64,000 bases of DNA from Paraphysomonas bandaiensis (Eukaryota > Protista > Chrysophyceae): the NCBI GenBank assembly GCA_965644295.1, contig CBFFRP010000284.1:62001-126000 (forward strand), in the 5' to 3' direction. Shown piece after piece: positions 13,527 to 27,730 of this stretch. Positions within the stretch are counted from its first letter, which is position 1. Each line of letters opens with the position of its first letter. A model generated the notes under the pieces. It saw only the letters and a list, made by a program, of their open reading frames with translations, was not told where the DNA came from and made no database searches. Made by a program: the position numbers and the translations under genes.

Positions 13527-13806
13527 CCCGTATCCCAAGGGGAGACCCCCGGACAACACGCGCCAGTGAGTCCTCAGACACACGAGCAGGGCGAACTCAC
13601 ACACAACATCAAGAACGGAAGTGGTTGCACCTTGGTGCTTGCGGCGACGCACAAGCAGCTTCTGTAGCGTTAAATAGTAGGATAATAGAATTTGTGCTGA
13701 TTAGTTATGGGTAGAGGTCTAACTAGTAGACTAGTATTCAACTAGCCGCTATATCGGAACGAGTTTTTAACGCCTATTGCTAAATAAAAAGACATTCAAT
13801 ATATAT
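13527..13806 (+). mobile_element. Family E copy B (5'-truncated, 280 bp)
   Basis: 12-bp TSD GGCATATAGTTT at 13515-13526 and 13807-13818; tail ATATATAT after GACATTCA; near-identical to the 3' part of copy A. Confidence 0.9.
13615..13665 (+). ncRNA. Conserved 3' RNA three-way-junction module of family E (representative copy)
   Basis: Basal stem ACGGAAG/CTTCTGT enclosing GCAC-CTTG-GTGC and TGCG-GCGA-CGCA hairpins; pair-preserving variants in other copies. Confidence 0.65.
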
Positions 13807-13870
13807 GGCATATAGTTTTTGCCTCGTACAGTATAGTATGCTTTGTGAATGACCTTCAGTTTTTTTACCA

Positions 13871-14285
13871 CAGGACTGCGTATCAATTAGTTGTCAATTA
13901 TTGAAACTGAAAAATTGAAATTGAGACAGCAAAACATAATTGCAATTGTAATTGACAATTGACTGGAGCTTGCTTCAATTATTTAATCAATACCATCAAT
14001 TTGGCACTGGCAATTCGTTATGAAACAGCATTTCGTTTTTGGTAAAAAACTACCCGAAGATTGGTAAAAGGCAATAAAAATTTTAGATTTATCTCACATA
14101 ACATTTATTTAATTGATAACCGATATGAGCGACGAGGAATTGGTACCAGAAATCACTGTTCAAGTGTTTTTCCTTAGAGACGTTGCATTAGAGACTCAAT
14201 TAATCGGAACAGCAAGTATTAGTTGTGAAATATAATTGACTACAACTTGCGTCAATTAATTGACAATTTATTGTACGCAGCCCTG
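13871..14285. mobile_element. MITE-like element with hAT-type TIRs
   Basis: Imperfect ~34-bp TIRs CAGGACTGCGTATCAATTAGTTGTCAATTA / TAATTGACAATTTATTGTACGCAGCCCTG; no clear TSD; TIRs resemble those of 51262-52620. Confidence 0.6.
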
Positions 14286-14568
14286 GTTCTTGATTACTCA
14301 GTTTTACTTTTGGTGTCAGTGGGCATTGGCTAGATATCAGGGATAGGAACAAGATATAGTAATCGTATTGTCAGTTTGAATTGTATTCAAAAAGCATTAA
14401 ACTAAGGAGAGTGTATATATTCTGCACCATAACTTTTAAGAAATTTAAAATATCTGCAATTCATTACAACTCATGGGGTCGATTTGATATAATTTCAGCT
14501 ACAAATTTTATTCATTTATACAAATTCGTCATCCGTTTCAAATAGCAATTTGTGAACGGACAACCGCC

Positions 14569-15811
14569 TTATGGTGAACTAATATTCCTGCGGGTAAAGT
14601 ATAGCGCTGCCTCCTCTACATATTCTATAGCACAGTTTGTGTCTTCAAATAATACCCACTTTTCTACAGCGTTGTAAGCACAATACATGGTCGAGTTACC
14701 GCATACTTCTGGATAGAAGCTCATAATGTAATGCTCATTTTGCGCTTCCATATCCCCTTGTGTAGAATTGCACATATCGAAATGGGTCAGTAGTGACAGC
14801 CATCCTATGATTGTGATTACAGAACATACAGCCATACCAAATTTCACCAGGATAGTTTGCGTTCTGTAAGATTGTTTCATCTTTTCGGCCTCTGTGGGAG
14901 TAAATGTATAACTCTCCAGGAATGAGTTAACTTTATATCCCAAATGAAGATCACCGGAAAAGCACCCGATTACATCGCATACGAAAGGGGTCACCACGTC
15001 ATCAATTTCTGCAACCACCAAGAGGGCAGTAAAATTCATTATGATTCCAATAGCTCCTTCGCTATCATCAGAAGCCATGATCACAACATAGCTCTGTATT
15101 TCATCCATACACCACAGAATATGTTACCCACATGTCGTAAAGATTTCACATTACCCACTTACCACCATGACCGTCAAAGCTATACTTATGAACTCCAACA
15201 CGTGCGCCACAACTGCTGTTAGTAGGAAAAAATCCATCTTCTTTTCCAACACAAAAACTAGTAAGTTGACCTTCTTGAATAGATTCATCACTGATGTAAA
15301 CATCATCGCCATTACCAACAGCATGCATACTACAAGTATCAATAAAGTATTAAACCACACATATGTATATGAATACACACTTACTTGCACGTTCAAAAAA
15401 AAATTTAGAGTTGTTTGCTGAACGGACAAATAAATTTGAAGCTAAATCATTTTCATCATTCCATAAAGAGATCGCTAATGTTGTTTGAACATACAGTATA
15501 ATTAAAGAAATAATAACAGAAAATTGCCAATATGGGAAAAATTTTCTCCATGTTGGAACATTTGCAAGTATGCATAACATCCCAAGATCTAAATGTAATT
15601 CACAGATCATTTCAGAGTCATTATTATCATCATTAATATGATTATTTGTTTCAATTATATGATTATTTGTTTGTTCTTTTGTTATATTAGAAGATTTTTC
15701 TGTATCTTCATTAATAGAATCAGATGATGGTGGTATGCGTGGTGAAACTTGTTGTGTACGTACTTTAGCATGTTTATATTGTATAGTAGATCGTAATAAT
15801 GATTTTAACAT
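14569..15811 (-). CDS. Multi-pass membrane protein of unknown function, 3 exons
   Basis: Short introns ~15329-15383 and ~15094-15162 join the frames; several hydrophobic helices; 'IIMNFTALLVVAEIDD' motif. Confidence 0.75.
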
Positions 15812-17939
15812 GATTATATGAATGTATATTGATTAATAAAGTGTTATAAGATGACTCTATAGAGATATGTATGTATATATGGATGCTCTAGAGAGTTAAA
15901 GCAGCTCTGGACACTCCTTTAAATGTATATGCATATATATAGTGGTGTTTATTATGCTATATTTCGTAAGAAAAATCCTGAAATTCGTAGAGATCATTGA
16001 TATTATTCATTAATATCTATGTTTTTTAGAAAAAATCCTATATTTTTGAGAATTCCTCATCCCTCTATAGAGTAACTGATGTACAACGGTTGTCATAGCA
16101 CAGTCTGTATTTTACAGTCTGTACTGGTGTATAATTAGGCTATTTTTAATGGTCCAAATCCTTAAAATCCCTGATTTGAGGGTTTAAAGAGTGTAAAAGT
16201 CCGTTAAATTTAACCTCAAGTAGATCTTCAGTAACTGTAATATACATGCATACTCACCGTTGTGATGATATGTGCACAATGCCCTATACAAATGATCATA
16301 TCTGGATAATCTGATTGCACATCTGTGTTTAGAGTTGTCGAGATGGGATGTTGAAAGCCTCTGGGATTAATACAGAAGGTGTTAAGATGCTTTATATCGT
16401 CAGATATATTCAGGAGAGTGCATTTAGATGCTATTAATTACGTGTTATAATTGTATTTGAAGATCTTGTTCGCAATACTCAGTGTGTAAGATTCCTATAT
16501 GTGTATGACATACTTACTCGTAGTAGCCCATGATGTATAACTTTGTGGATGCATTTAATCATTTCAAAAAAGCCTTTCTATCCCACCATTTTATGTTGAG
16601 TTATATCAGAAGGATCTAGGATTGGTTCAAGACACCTTGTGACTCTACTACTTTGCTAATGTCTCTTTTCAAAGCCCCTGGGAATACTGACATAATAAAG
16701 CTTAACCCTTTAGATGGAAAACAACTGATGCAATCTACAGTTCTGGTAGCAGAATATAGTACTGAAATTTTATTCTCGGTTAAAGTTAGATAAAGGTTAG
16801 TACGACACATGACGCGTTCTAGTTTGTAATATCGGACTACTCTATTTAGTTGCAACACTAATATCTTTGAAATTATTTTTCTTATTAGTCTGCATCTGTT
16901 GCAAGTGCTTAAGACTGATCGCTTAGGCCCTATCACTTGTGTAGGTAACTCGATGACAGAACAAATCGTGTTTTATAATTATTTGACAATACTCTTGATA
17001 GAGTGGCTTCTAACGAGCACAAGTAGAACTTTACAAAGTTAAGTTTCTAAGGTAGCAGGTATGACTATACAACAGTTCAATAGCATCGCCTACATAGAAG
17101 TATGCCTAATACTAAAGTTTAGGGTGTTAAAATTCACAGTACAAAACTAAACAATGTACAAAATAGATATTCAGACGCTGATTTAATGTCGTATTTTGTA
17201 GATGTTAAAGTATTCATCCATAGCGTCTTATAACTATTAAAATATAGTGGCTTCAAAAGGACTACGGCCTCTCGAACATAATAGATAATTTTCCAATAAC
17301 AGTTTTGTATCTCTCACATACTATATGAATTGTGTGTAATTAGTTGATACGTCGTTTAAGTATATATTTTTGAGAATATAACTAGAATTTTTGGTGTTAG
17401 AAATGAACAGTTCACTGAAGTTAACTTTGCTCTACATGTAAGCCTTAATCTTGCTTTGTTTAACACAATGCACTTTCAAGTAAAACGTTATAATTAATAA
17501 TATAAACACTTCACTTCATATTCATGTAACATCTGGTGAACATCTGCTCACAGCAACATCTGTTTATCATACGTTCACCAGCCACTCCCCTATATCTTAT
17601 ATAGTCACACATCAGTAACTGAATGTAACTCCTTTGTAACTAGAATCATCCGTTACACCTATGAGTTGACTTCACCTATTGCACACTATTAACTCACTTC
17701 AATTGGACAATATATATCGCATCATACTGCAGAACTCATATTGTAAACTAATATGCAACTTATACAGCCTACGGTAATATTTCTTTCCTTCATGCACCCA
17801 CTGAAAATATAAGCACAATCTCGATACAATACTACTTTCTACGCTTTAGCCGATACAATATATTATTATACATATTCTAAGACTCTTGAATAGGTAGTGT
17901 TCGTAAAACAGTAATCACTACATGAAAATATTCACTCTT

Positions 17940-20900
17940 TTATACACTTCCATCTCCAATGAACTGTATGATGTTGTCGTAAACATGTTTCCTGCAGCGA
18001 CATTATCAACGCTTAAAGAGCTGACTTAGATACATACCGCCGCATGAGCGCACTATCAGCACATATGGTGTGAATGTAATCATCCAGCATTATCCGTCGA
18101 TTTTCTAGCACAGCATCATCGAGACCAAAAGGAGAGTAGCTCTTGCTTGGAAACTTTTCGTCCACTCCTGCAGTAAGATTACAAATATGAGAGACAATAG
18201 CCACAACCTACCCTCTGATTTTAACTCTAGAGCTTCTCTGAGGTGCCTAAACTCACGGTATGTTCTATAGGTCGTCCACGATATAACTTTGCCCGAAGGT
18301 TCAGACCGCTGAACAGTTATTTGATATCTGGCTTCAGTCTTTGAGCTTCTAGTCACATCAGTAACGTTTACTATTAATGTTGGGACCCTGTGTTTCACAT
18401 TTGACTTTCTCGCACTCGTCATTCTTTTATCAAGCTTTGCAATACTTTTACAGTTTCTAGATATGGCATGCAGTCCGCGACCATTGAATTCTCCTAGTAA
18501 AGCAATATACTTTTCTTTGACACGAAGCAGGTCATCAGTCAGCTTTTTGTTATCATTCTCAAGTTCCAATATCCGCGCCGCCTGTACAGGAGACGTTGTG
18601 TAATGATCAGCAGGTTCCGCCGGTGCAGAGGAGTGTTCTTGCTGCAAAGTGACATTGGATTTTGCTATCGACAAGTCAGCCTCTACTGAGCTTCTTTCTT
18701 TTAAGATATCGCGCAGTTCCTGTTTGAGAGCAGCTAAATCGGCCGTGGACACAGCTACTTCCTCTTGTGTCGCTTTGTATTCACGAATAATGGCATCTAA
18801 CTCTGTCTTCAAGGCGTCCAAATTATTTCGTGATGATGAAATACTTTGAATCAAGGCATCGCCATTATCCACAGCACTACCTTCCGTTTTACTAGGTGAT
18901 TTGTGTAATTTACTCTTGATTCGGGAATGCTCTTCTTGCAATGAAATTGACTGATCTTTCAGTTCTAGTTTCTCCTTAATGTGCAGTGATGTATCAATTT
19001 TATCATCATGTACTGCAGCCTTTGACGCACTGTCAACACGGGTATTGCGCAATTGTTTGCGCAATGCTGCAAGTTCCTTCTTTAGAGTTCGGTTTTCATC
19101 CACAAGAGCCAAATACGGAACACTACTGGTTCCTGCAGTGCCCTATTCACATCAATATACAATAAAAGTACACCCATACATATTATAATAGCCTACCAAA
19201 CCCTCTGCTCTTTTCCGTCGCTCTGCTATAAGTGCATCCTTCTCCGCAGCACGCTCTCTTTGTCGTTTCTGTACAAATGTCAAACTGAAAACAAAATCGA
19301 TACAGTGATCACCAGCTCAAGAATAGTTGCTTTCAGATGCGATTTTGATCTGATAACGGCTCCCCGCCACAAAGATTGAATAGAAACAATAGCTATTTTT
19401 CGATAGCGCAACTTCAATGATGCGTATAACCTCCTCGCAATCTTTTGGATAGTAACTGCTGACGTTCTCATTCTCAGGAACCTCTTGCTTAAAATATAAC
19501 ATCGAAAAGACTTTTGAATACACACTGCGTAGCAGTATCTTAGTCTCATTACATATTGACGGCCTAAATAGCCACGAAACCGAGCCTTAAACAGAGTAAT
19601 TCCCCTTAAAACAGTCTTTCGGTATTGAACGGTGAGAAACACTCGTATACGACGCTGCAGTATTATCGTTGCTGAGACACATCTCATCGCTGTTCTCCTT
19701 TTGTGCTCACAAAACCACAGCAGTGCATGATTTATCGCCCGTACAGAATGACGCTTTGCAAAAAATCTCGCACGAAAATGCCTCTGTATGGTACGGGCAG
19801 CCATAGTCTCTGCCCTAACAAACAGCGTTTCCAAAAACTCAAAGACAGGAGCCATTAAAAAAACTTGTGAGCGTCCCATTTGCAACCCTCTGTGAACGTT
19901 CACGGCTTCATCAGGAGTGGTATTATCGACGATATGGAGGATTGCATCTGTAAGACACACTGTATCGATAAGCTTCGCAGTCGTCATTCTCCAATACTTC
20001 TGCAAGCCTGTTTTTCTGGCTTGATCCATGCATCTACATAAGTCTACCGTCAAGGGATTGATTCCACAAACGACAATGAATACTGAGTAGCGAGATACAA
20101 AGTCCGAGAAGTCTATTCTGTTTGGAAAACCTGCCCTGAACACTTTGACCGCCTCCAGAGCACCACCACATCTGAGTTGCGACACCACCATGCTGTAGTC
20201 GAACACATCTGGGACAAGATCATTGTTCGGCTTTATACATCGGATGAAATGAGACCTTGTCGAACGAATCTTCGACACAAGAACTTGAAGCTGTTTGCAA
20301 AATTCAGAAGATACAGTGGTTGTTCTCTTCCCAACAGATCTTCCCGGCGCCACCTTTATCCTCGGCTTAGGGGACGTGCTATGGCTTGTCTCCAGTGAAG
20401 GGCCGGTATGTTCTACCTTCACTAATCCCGCCACAAGTGAACTTTTAGAACTTTGAAAAGCTGCACTAATTTCGGATGCAATATCACTGCGATTTTTATT
20501 CAACAGACCCTCGCATTGATATTTCACGTCACAGGCAAAGTGGGACACGGTAAACTCTAGTCTTGATTGATCGGATTTCGATGCATTGAAAAAGTTTTTG
20601 ACCCCACACTTCGAAAACAATGCGCTCGCAAGTTTTTTATCACTTGGCTTAGGAAGTTTTAGCTGCTCATTACATAATGCAAATATTCCCGTGACTTTAT
20701 GCTCAAACAGATCTAGCCTCTCAGAGTTATCCGGGTAGTCAACGAATGTCCACACAAGACCCTCTTCTTCGTAGACTTCCTGTTCACTTTTAAAAACTGC
20801 ATAATTGAAGTGATCCTGTAACTTCTCATTAGCGTAGTTGATACAGAGCTGTTCGAAGGAATTCGTTTTGAAAAACTCAAACCCAAATATATCCAACACG

Positions 20901-22380
20901 CCAATGAACGAAGCAGCACTACTTGCATTGTTTGAACACAGTGACCGGTTCACAGCATCGATCATCCACTTGAATAGCAGGTCGTAGAGGGTCTTGGCAA
21001 GAGCATCTCTAGCAGCAATGGCTCCCTCAACATTTAACACTTTCTGAATAGTACTCCCAGCTACGACCAGGCTTCTTTTAGAAACAGCTGTTAACAAGGC
21101 CTCTTCGTCAACCTCCAACAGCGCACAGATGTTATTGATATGGCTTCCACAGTCTTTCGAGAATACAGCGGCCTCCTCACCAGCTGTAGCAGACTCGTCG
21201 AATGAAAGGTTTCCAATATGCAGTACAGCGGCAACTGCCCGAAGCATTGAATCTTGCTCATCTTGTGTCAACGATATGCGGCCCATGGCCTCTTGCAGCC
21301 GCTTGAAATTATCTTCATCACTCTCGCCGTCGTGACGGCTGTATTCGCCACTCCTATTTGTATAGTGGAAGTCTTCCAGACTGCGCAATCCCCATTCTTG
21401 CAACTTGGAGGGAGAGAGTCCCGCAAAACACTCATAGAATACGTGATAGTTACGCTCGCCCTTGCTCTGGGATACCACACGGACTGTTTCAAGCAGGTAG
21501 GTACGTATCATCGCCCCCTCAATGTAACCGTCAGCAGCATAACTTAGTTCAATAAACTTGCCGAACCGAGAAGAATTATTGTTTCGAGAAGTTCTAGCGT
21601 TACCAAATGACTCAGTAATAGGGTTAACAGCATTCACTAATGACTCAAAATCAACAGAGTCATTACAGTTAAGCACATCGACTGCGACCTTGGAGGAAAC
21701 TGCAGCTAAGTAATGAAGAACTTGCTTGGTACTCTCGGTTTTGCCTATCATTAAAATAAGTGGCTAATATTGTATATTTAGGAGTAGACTTTACCTGCAC
21801 CAGACTCCCCATTGACTAGTATAGATTGATTCTCACGCTTGTCGGGATCATACTTATCAATGAACATTTTCCTATATGCCCTATCACTAATTTGATAAAC
21901 ATGTGGACCTAAATGTTTGCAGGTGGCTGGATTGGCTACGTAATAACTTTGAAGTGTCTCTGTAGAATACAGAGGGAGCCTTTCAAACGGGTTTATTGCA
22001 AGTAAGATAGGACCAGTATTGGTGTATATCTTCTTCTCCTGAAACCGGAGCCGCATACATGCAATCATTTCAGGTTCATTTAAAAAAGGTAATGATGTCA
22101 TATCTTCAACATGTCGAGAATTCTCAGGTATTTTATCTCTTTTTTTAACCCATTTAAATTCAAGATTATGCTTATCAACCGATACAGTCTTCACCTCATG
22201 TGTATTGTCCTCTACAGATATTGTAAATACTTTCTCTCCTGTATCAACATCAACCGGTTTGTGCCGTACAACGATACCTGGTTTCCATATACCATTTGGT
22301 GGGCCTAATACTACCCATACATATGAATTAGACCATGAATCTATAGTTTTAGTTGATGATCTTCTATTAGGTGTTGACAT
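17940..22380 (-). CDS. Unconventional myosin: motor, IQ motifs, coiled coil, C-terminal PX domain
   Basis: GESGAGKTES P-loop (split by an intron), NNNSSRFGKF, LDIFGFE, FIRCIKPN, IQ repeats, PX-like 'YRTYREFRHLREAL...FPSK...LENRRIMLDDYI'; last exon KHVYDNIIQFIGDGSV*. Confidence 0.92.
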
Positions 22381-23780
22381 ATCTCAGATAATGTATATAT
22401 AAGACTGTAATATTAAAAAGATAGTGTTGTTATATCTCTATACATTAGAGTAACTGTTTAAACATGTTAGTTCATTGTTTAATATATTATGGTTACATGA
22501 GGAGTGGAATCTACTTAATAGAGTAGCATATCAACCAAATGGATCACTGGTCGGACTATATATGCATATATGCATATAGTACTCTGCTACGCTCTGCTCA
22601 CTTTTGTCCGAGTTTTTTTTGGAGGGGGGGGTAATTTTTTTCTTGTCCTATTTTAAATTTACGTATGATTCTATAAGTAAAATAATTGGAAATTTTTTCT
22701 TGTATTTTCGTACTCCGCTTGGTATTGTTGAATACACTAGTAAATGGTGTTTCCGTCCAGATACAAAATTACTTGTAAAAAGTGAAAGAGGACAAAATAT
22801 TGAAGCAAGCTTTTAAGGAGGATGTTTTCATGGACAGGAAGAGTAAGCTTTCTGCAATCTCATCCTTGTATAGTAACTGCTGTAGCTATTGTCATCATTG
22901 CTTCAGTGATGCTTGCGGAGGCTATCGCAGCATATGGATCTCAATCAACTATCTAACAGTTTACATCATCTGTCAGGGAATATGCATAGAACCACATGGA
23001 CCCAAACAAATCCAATAGGGTAAAAGTTAGTGTCATTGCCTCTACAGGGTGTAGAGAACACTCCTTACAGAACATTCTATTGGGGATAGTATGAAGCGCT
23101 GTATGTGGCGAGGAATCGCGAGTATCGGACGTTGAGGCGATGGTAGCTGTGTAGCTGTCCACCTGTCCACAATGAAGACCCTGCGGTGTTTTCATACGAA
23201 GAGTAGGAAACTATATAAGGTTTTGAATGGTAGCGTCCCGTCAATAATATTTAGTGCCTTTATTAATCAGTTGATAAATACATACTTATATTCATCATAT
23301 ATACATATATATATACTATCATATTGCCCTCAGAAACAGCACCATCGTAATTGCATCAGAGACTTAATGAAGTGTGCATCGCAGTTTACGAATTTAGTGT
23401 ATGCTTCTGTGCTTTATACGTTATACACATATACACCTACTAGATGGTGCAAAATATAAAATACATTGGTAACAACCTTATCAATACTACACAAACCTTT
23501 GGAGAAAAGAAGTTGGCTTGAACAAAATCATCTCTTTACACACATTAAAAACTTAACTAATCATCTACAAAAAGAATACATGAAATGTATAGCGGCGTGT
23601 AACAGTTCGTATACAATTTCTTGCGTCAAACAGTCCGTACACCCTTTCTTCAATAGTACAATATAAAAATCAGCAAATTTCAATAGATATAAAATATTGA
23701 TTTTCAACTGCACCCCTAGATCAAACTCATTTGTATTTGTCTAGAGAGTGGTTGTATGTCCAAAGTTGCCTGAAACAGAC

Positions 23781-25358
23781 TTATGTTCCCGAATAACTAC
23801 TTTTGCTATGAGGTTCACCTTGCTTCTTCTTTTTATTCTTCTTATTCTTCTTTTTCGTATATACACCGGATTCCAACAATGACCTATATGCAACACTCTT
23901 CGTGCTGACAGTGCTGGATTCACGTGAACCCATCCCACTTTCCATATCACTTTCAGCGAATTCACTGTGCGTCGAGTTCATTGGGAGGATCTCAAACGAA
24001 GAATCTCGCGTATTTTGCGTTTTAAGCCACTTTTGCCGCAAGATGTACAATACAAGAGGAAGAAATGACACCGCACCCAATATGGAAAAGGAAGCATTAT
24101 AGTCTACTTTCTCCGCGATTACCTCTGCAACAACAATACTAAGCATCCCAGCAGCCACTTCTGAGCTTTTCACAATTCCAAGCAGCAGGCCAAATCGACC
24201 CGACTCCCTGTAACTACTGTGTCAAGTATAGGTATCTCAGTGCACATGGCGTACATACCTTGCAATGTGTTCCACTGCAGTCACCAACACCGCACCAAAA
24301 AACCCGTTAGCAATCCCATCAATCACCTGCGCACACACCAATGCAGTATGGTAACTACCCACAACCTCCAACAGTGAAATGATACAAAACGCTCTTAAAG
24401 TGACCAGTGCCAGACAAAGTACGCTCAGTGATTTTAATTGAACATGCTTCATCAGTCTACCAAACAATGAAGAGGATATTGCCATAAATACTTGCGACAG
24501 AGCCATTGATTTTACCATATACGAAAATAAACTGTAGCCACTGTTCTCAACATCCACGAAATGGATCTGAAGCAGCAGTGGTAACATTGCAGCATTGGAG
24601 AAGTGGAAAACAAACACCCACAAGTTCCAAAATTGCAGTCTTGTATCTGTCAGCACAGAGAACAGCGTTGATGCCTCACTAGCCTTGGCTCCACATTTAG
24701 CAACCCGTAAATTATGAAATTCTAGTTCGGTGAGCAATAGAAACTGTACTATGCAGCATGCAAATAAAAACCACATTGCACACAGCCACAATAATCCAGA
24801 ATTCAGATAATCGATGCGGAGAATTACGACAACGGCAAGCGAGAATACTGCATTTCCCACGTGTCTACTAGACTCTACCACCGGAATTATTGAAACCATA
24901 TTTTCGCTTCCGACAAATCTAAGTGTGGCAGCATAAAGGGAGGGGTATGTCAATGTACATCCAGCAGCGTCGAGAAAGAGTACTAAAAAAACTCCAAACA
25001 ATTGCGGGCCAAGTGCTATCATAGCAAAGTATGAAAGAGTAGCAAGAGCATTCGCGCAAAACAAAAATAAAATTTTACGTTGGGAATTATCTATCACATG
25101 ACCCGCAAAGCCTTGACATGTAACTGTGATAATGCTTGTGGCTAAAACAAGCTGTCCAATTGCTGTTTCATGCCATCCATTCAATAGTAAATAAGGAACA
25201 ACATAAACTCCAGGTTTGAATCTATTGAGACTAAAAAAACTAGAAAGACCAAGTAAATGATATGTCTTTAACAATCCAGAAACATCAGGTGTTGAATCCC
25301 CTCTACGTACTGCCTGATCAGTCCCCTCTTGATTCGATTGATCAGAGACTTTTACCAT
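23781..25358 (-). CDS. Major facilitator superfamily transporter, 2 exons
   Basis: About 12 hydrophobic segments, 'AGHVIDNSQRK' motif-A-like loop, 'FHFSNAAMLPL', 'GSGRFG' after an intron at ~24210-24258. Confidence 0.85.
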
Positions 25359-25855
25359 GGGGTCAATACACTCATATTAATGCACATCAGATAAAGGATA
25401 TTGACTTTCTGTGAGCACTCCTATATTACTACGTTTATGAGATTGATATCCATTAATTCTTATGAAGACTTAACAGCACCAATATATATATATATATATA
25501 TACCATCCAAACCAGTAAAATTCAAGGCTAAAAAATTGAATTATTCAATCCATCTCTACCCATTTCTGTATGTCCCGGTCATAAAAATGGTGGAATATAG
25601 ATAAAATAGGTTAAAAAAATTAGATGCTTCCACCCTTTTACCCCAACGAGCTGGTGGGTGTTGTTGAATTGCTTGGTGTATTTGTATTGACGTATTGAAT
25701 ATAGCAGCACTGATAGAAATACTAGAACTGAAAAGTGTCTGTTCAAGCTATAAATAGAAAAATGTTTTTTGGTGGTTGGTTTCTACATACCATATTGAGG
25801 CAATGAGGTGACTGGGATGAATACAAGACAATTAGTAACATCATATTAGAGGAAG

Positions 25856-26552
25856 ATGGGGATTGATCTTATTGCAGGTGGAAGAAGAGTTGGACACAAT
25901 GTCCGTAAGGCTCCTGTTTCTCAGGATGTTTACCTGAAGCTTTTGGTTAAGCTTTACAGGTATTACAATAGAGTTTAATTCTATATATTTTGAGTAATAA
26001 ATATATATATTAGCTTTCTCGCCAGAAGGGCCGAATCTAAGTTCGCCGGTGTTATTGCTAAGAGATTATGCATGTCCCGTCTGAACAAGGCCCCCATTTC
26101 TCTGTCCCGTTTGGCTCGTTACATGAAGGGCAAGGACGGAAAAATTGCTGTCATTGTCGGCGCTGTCACTAACGACGCCAGACTTCTTGAAGTGCCTGCC
26201 CTCACAGTTTGCGCTCTTCGCTTCACTGCTGACGCCAGGTACTTTCAATGTTATTGTCAACACAGTAGTTCTGTGCAATATTTAATTGATGTATTTATGT
26301 AGAGCTCGCATTACCAAGGCTGGTGGTGAGTGCATTACCTTCGATCAGCTCGCCCTCCGCTCTCCCAAGGGCAGCAACACCGTCCTTCTTCGTGGTGCCA
26401 AAAACGCCCGTGAATCTGTTCGCCACTTTGGCCACAGAACCACTGTCAATAACCCCCATACCCACGATTCTGTTAAGCCTTATGTCAGATCCAAGGGACG
26501 CAAGTTCGAGAAGGCCCGCGGTCGCAGAAAGTCCAATGGCTTCAAGGTGTAA
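25856..26552 (+). CDS. RPL18: 60S ribosomal protein L18 (eL18), 3 exons
   Basis: [10 protein letters not shown]..., '[13 protein letters not shown]', '[24 protein letters not shown]', '[25 protein letters not shown]'. Confidence 0.98.
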
Positions 26553-27730
26553 ATTTTCTCATCTATATCTGTGCTTCCACATAGTAGCCGGATAGATGTA
26601 GGGTGTTTTGCCTTCTTACCGCTATAATAATGAGATCCCTCTGATGTTGAATATTGAATACACTTCATAAGTACGCCGCATTTACGGATGTGGCGGACGT
26701 TATGTAACAAACGTTGAATTAGCTGGATATAAAACACATACATTGACACTTGTTGGGTGAAGCAACCCTAATAGTAGCTCCTGTTCACTAGAACAAGATG
26801 TTAGTAATCTGTCTCATATGTAGTAGTCAAATTCGATCAGCTCAAAACTCGAGTCTATTTCAGTGCTAGAATGTAATATCAATATTGTGGGTTGTTCGCG
26901 CATATAAAAAGTTTTAATATTGTTGGATTGAACCAACATATCGTTTATTAATCTACTCAGTTACTTCTTACGTGCGATGTAAAATATATAATGTATATAG
27001 TATATATACAAGTTTAACAATATGATATAGCATAATGTGGGAAAAATCTTAAAACTATAACATGATGGAAATGACTGAAGTATCTACACAATACGAGAGT
27101 ACTTGCGTATTCTTTCTCGAAGGAGGAGGGCACAAGGTCTTGCAGATGAACTAAGTTTTTGTCATCCATCAGTACGAGAATACACTCGCTTTATATGACC
27201 AAGTGACATGACGTAGGGGGTAGAAAGGTCGAGGTGTGTAATTTAATATCTCGTTGTACTAAGATTAATTGATTCACGTATATACCATAACGTGCGAATA
27301 CAACACATGTATACAATAAAATATCTAATTGATTGATAATTACCAAACGACTATACAAGATACCCGTGTGTGTGTGTGGTGCTAAAGCTCTGTTCAAACG
27401 TGTCTTGCTATCATACTATTTAAAAAATCAATCTTTATCTCTAACAATACGAAGTGCATCTTTCATTAAATACTAAGACTAGCTATAAATCTTATTTCGT
27501 TGACTTTGTTGTCGTGTTGGTTTATTACTATATAAATACATCATACATAGATAAGCAAATAGTTCGGTACACATCCTACAATATAATAAACGTCATATAG
27601 TACGTGACATGAATTCAAAAAAGCAAAAAACATAGGCTCCAAACGATGAAGTATAGAAGAAAAAGAGGATTCAGTGAACAAAGCAAATAACCAATTTCAA
27701 CACATCTCCACACATCGCATTAGTACTCAA

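Noticed and set aside
16616-16936. Possible IS5/PIF-like transposase remnant ('NRVVRYYKLERV')
   Set aside because: Similarity too weak; no supportable TIR or TSD
22604-23666. Several short ORFs between the myosin and MFS genes
   Set aside because: No motifs or coherent splice model
26918-26990. tRNA-like T-arm (GTTGG-TTCAAT-CCAAC on the minus strand)
   Set aside because: No acceptor, D or anticodon arms
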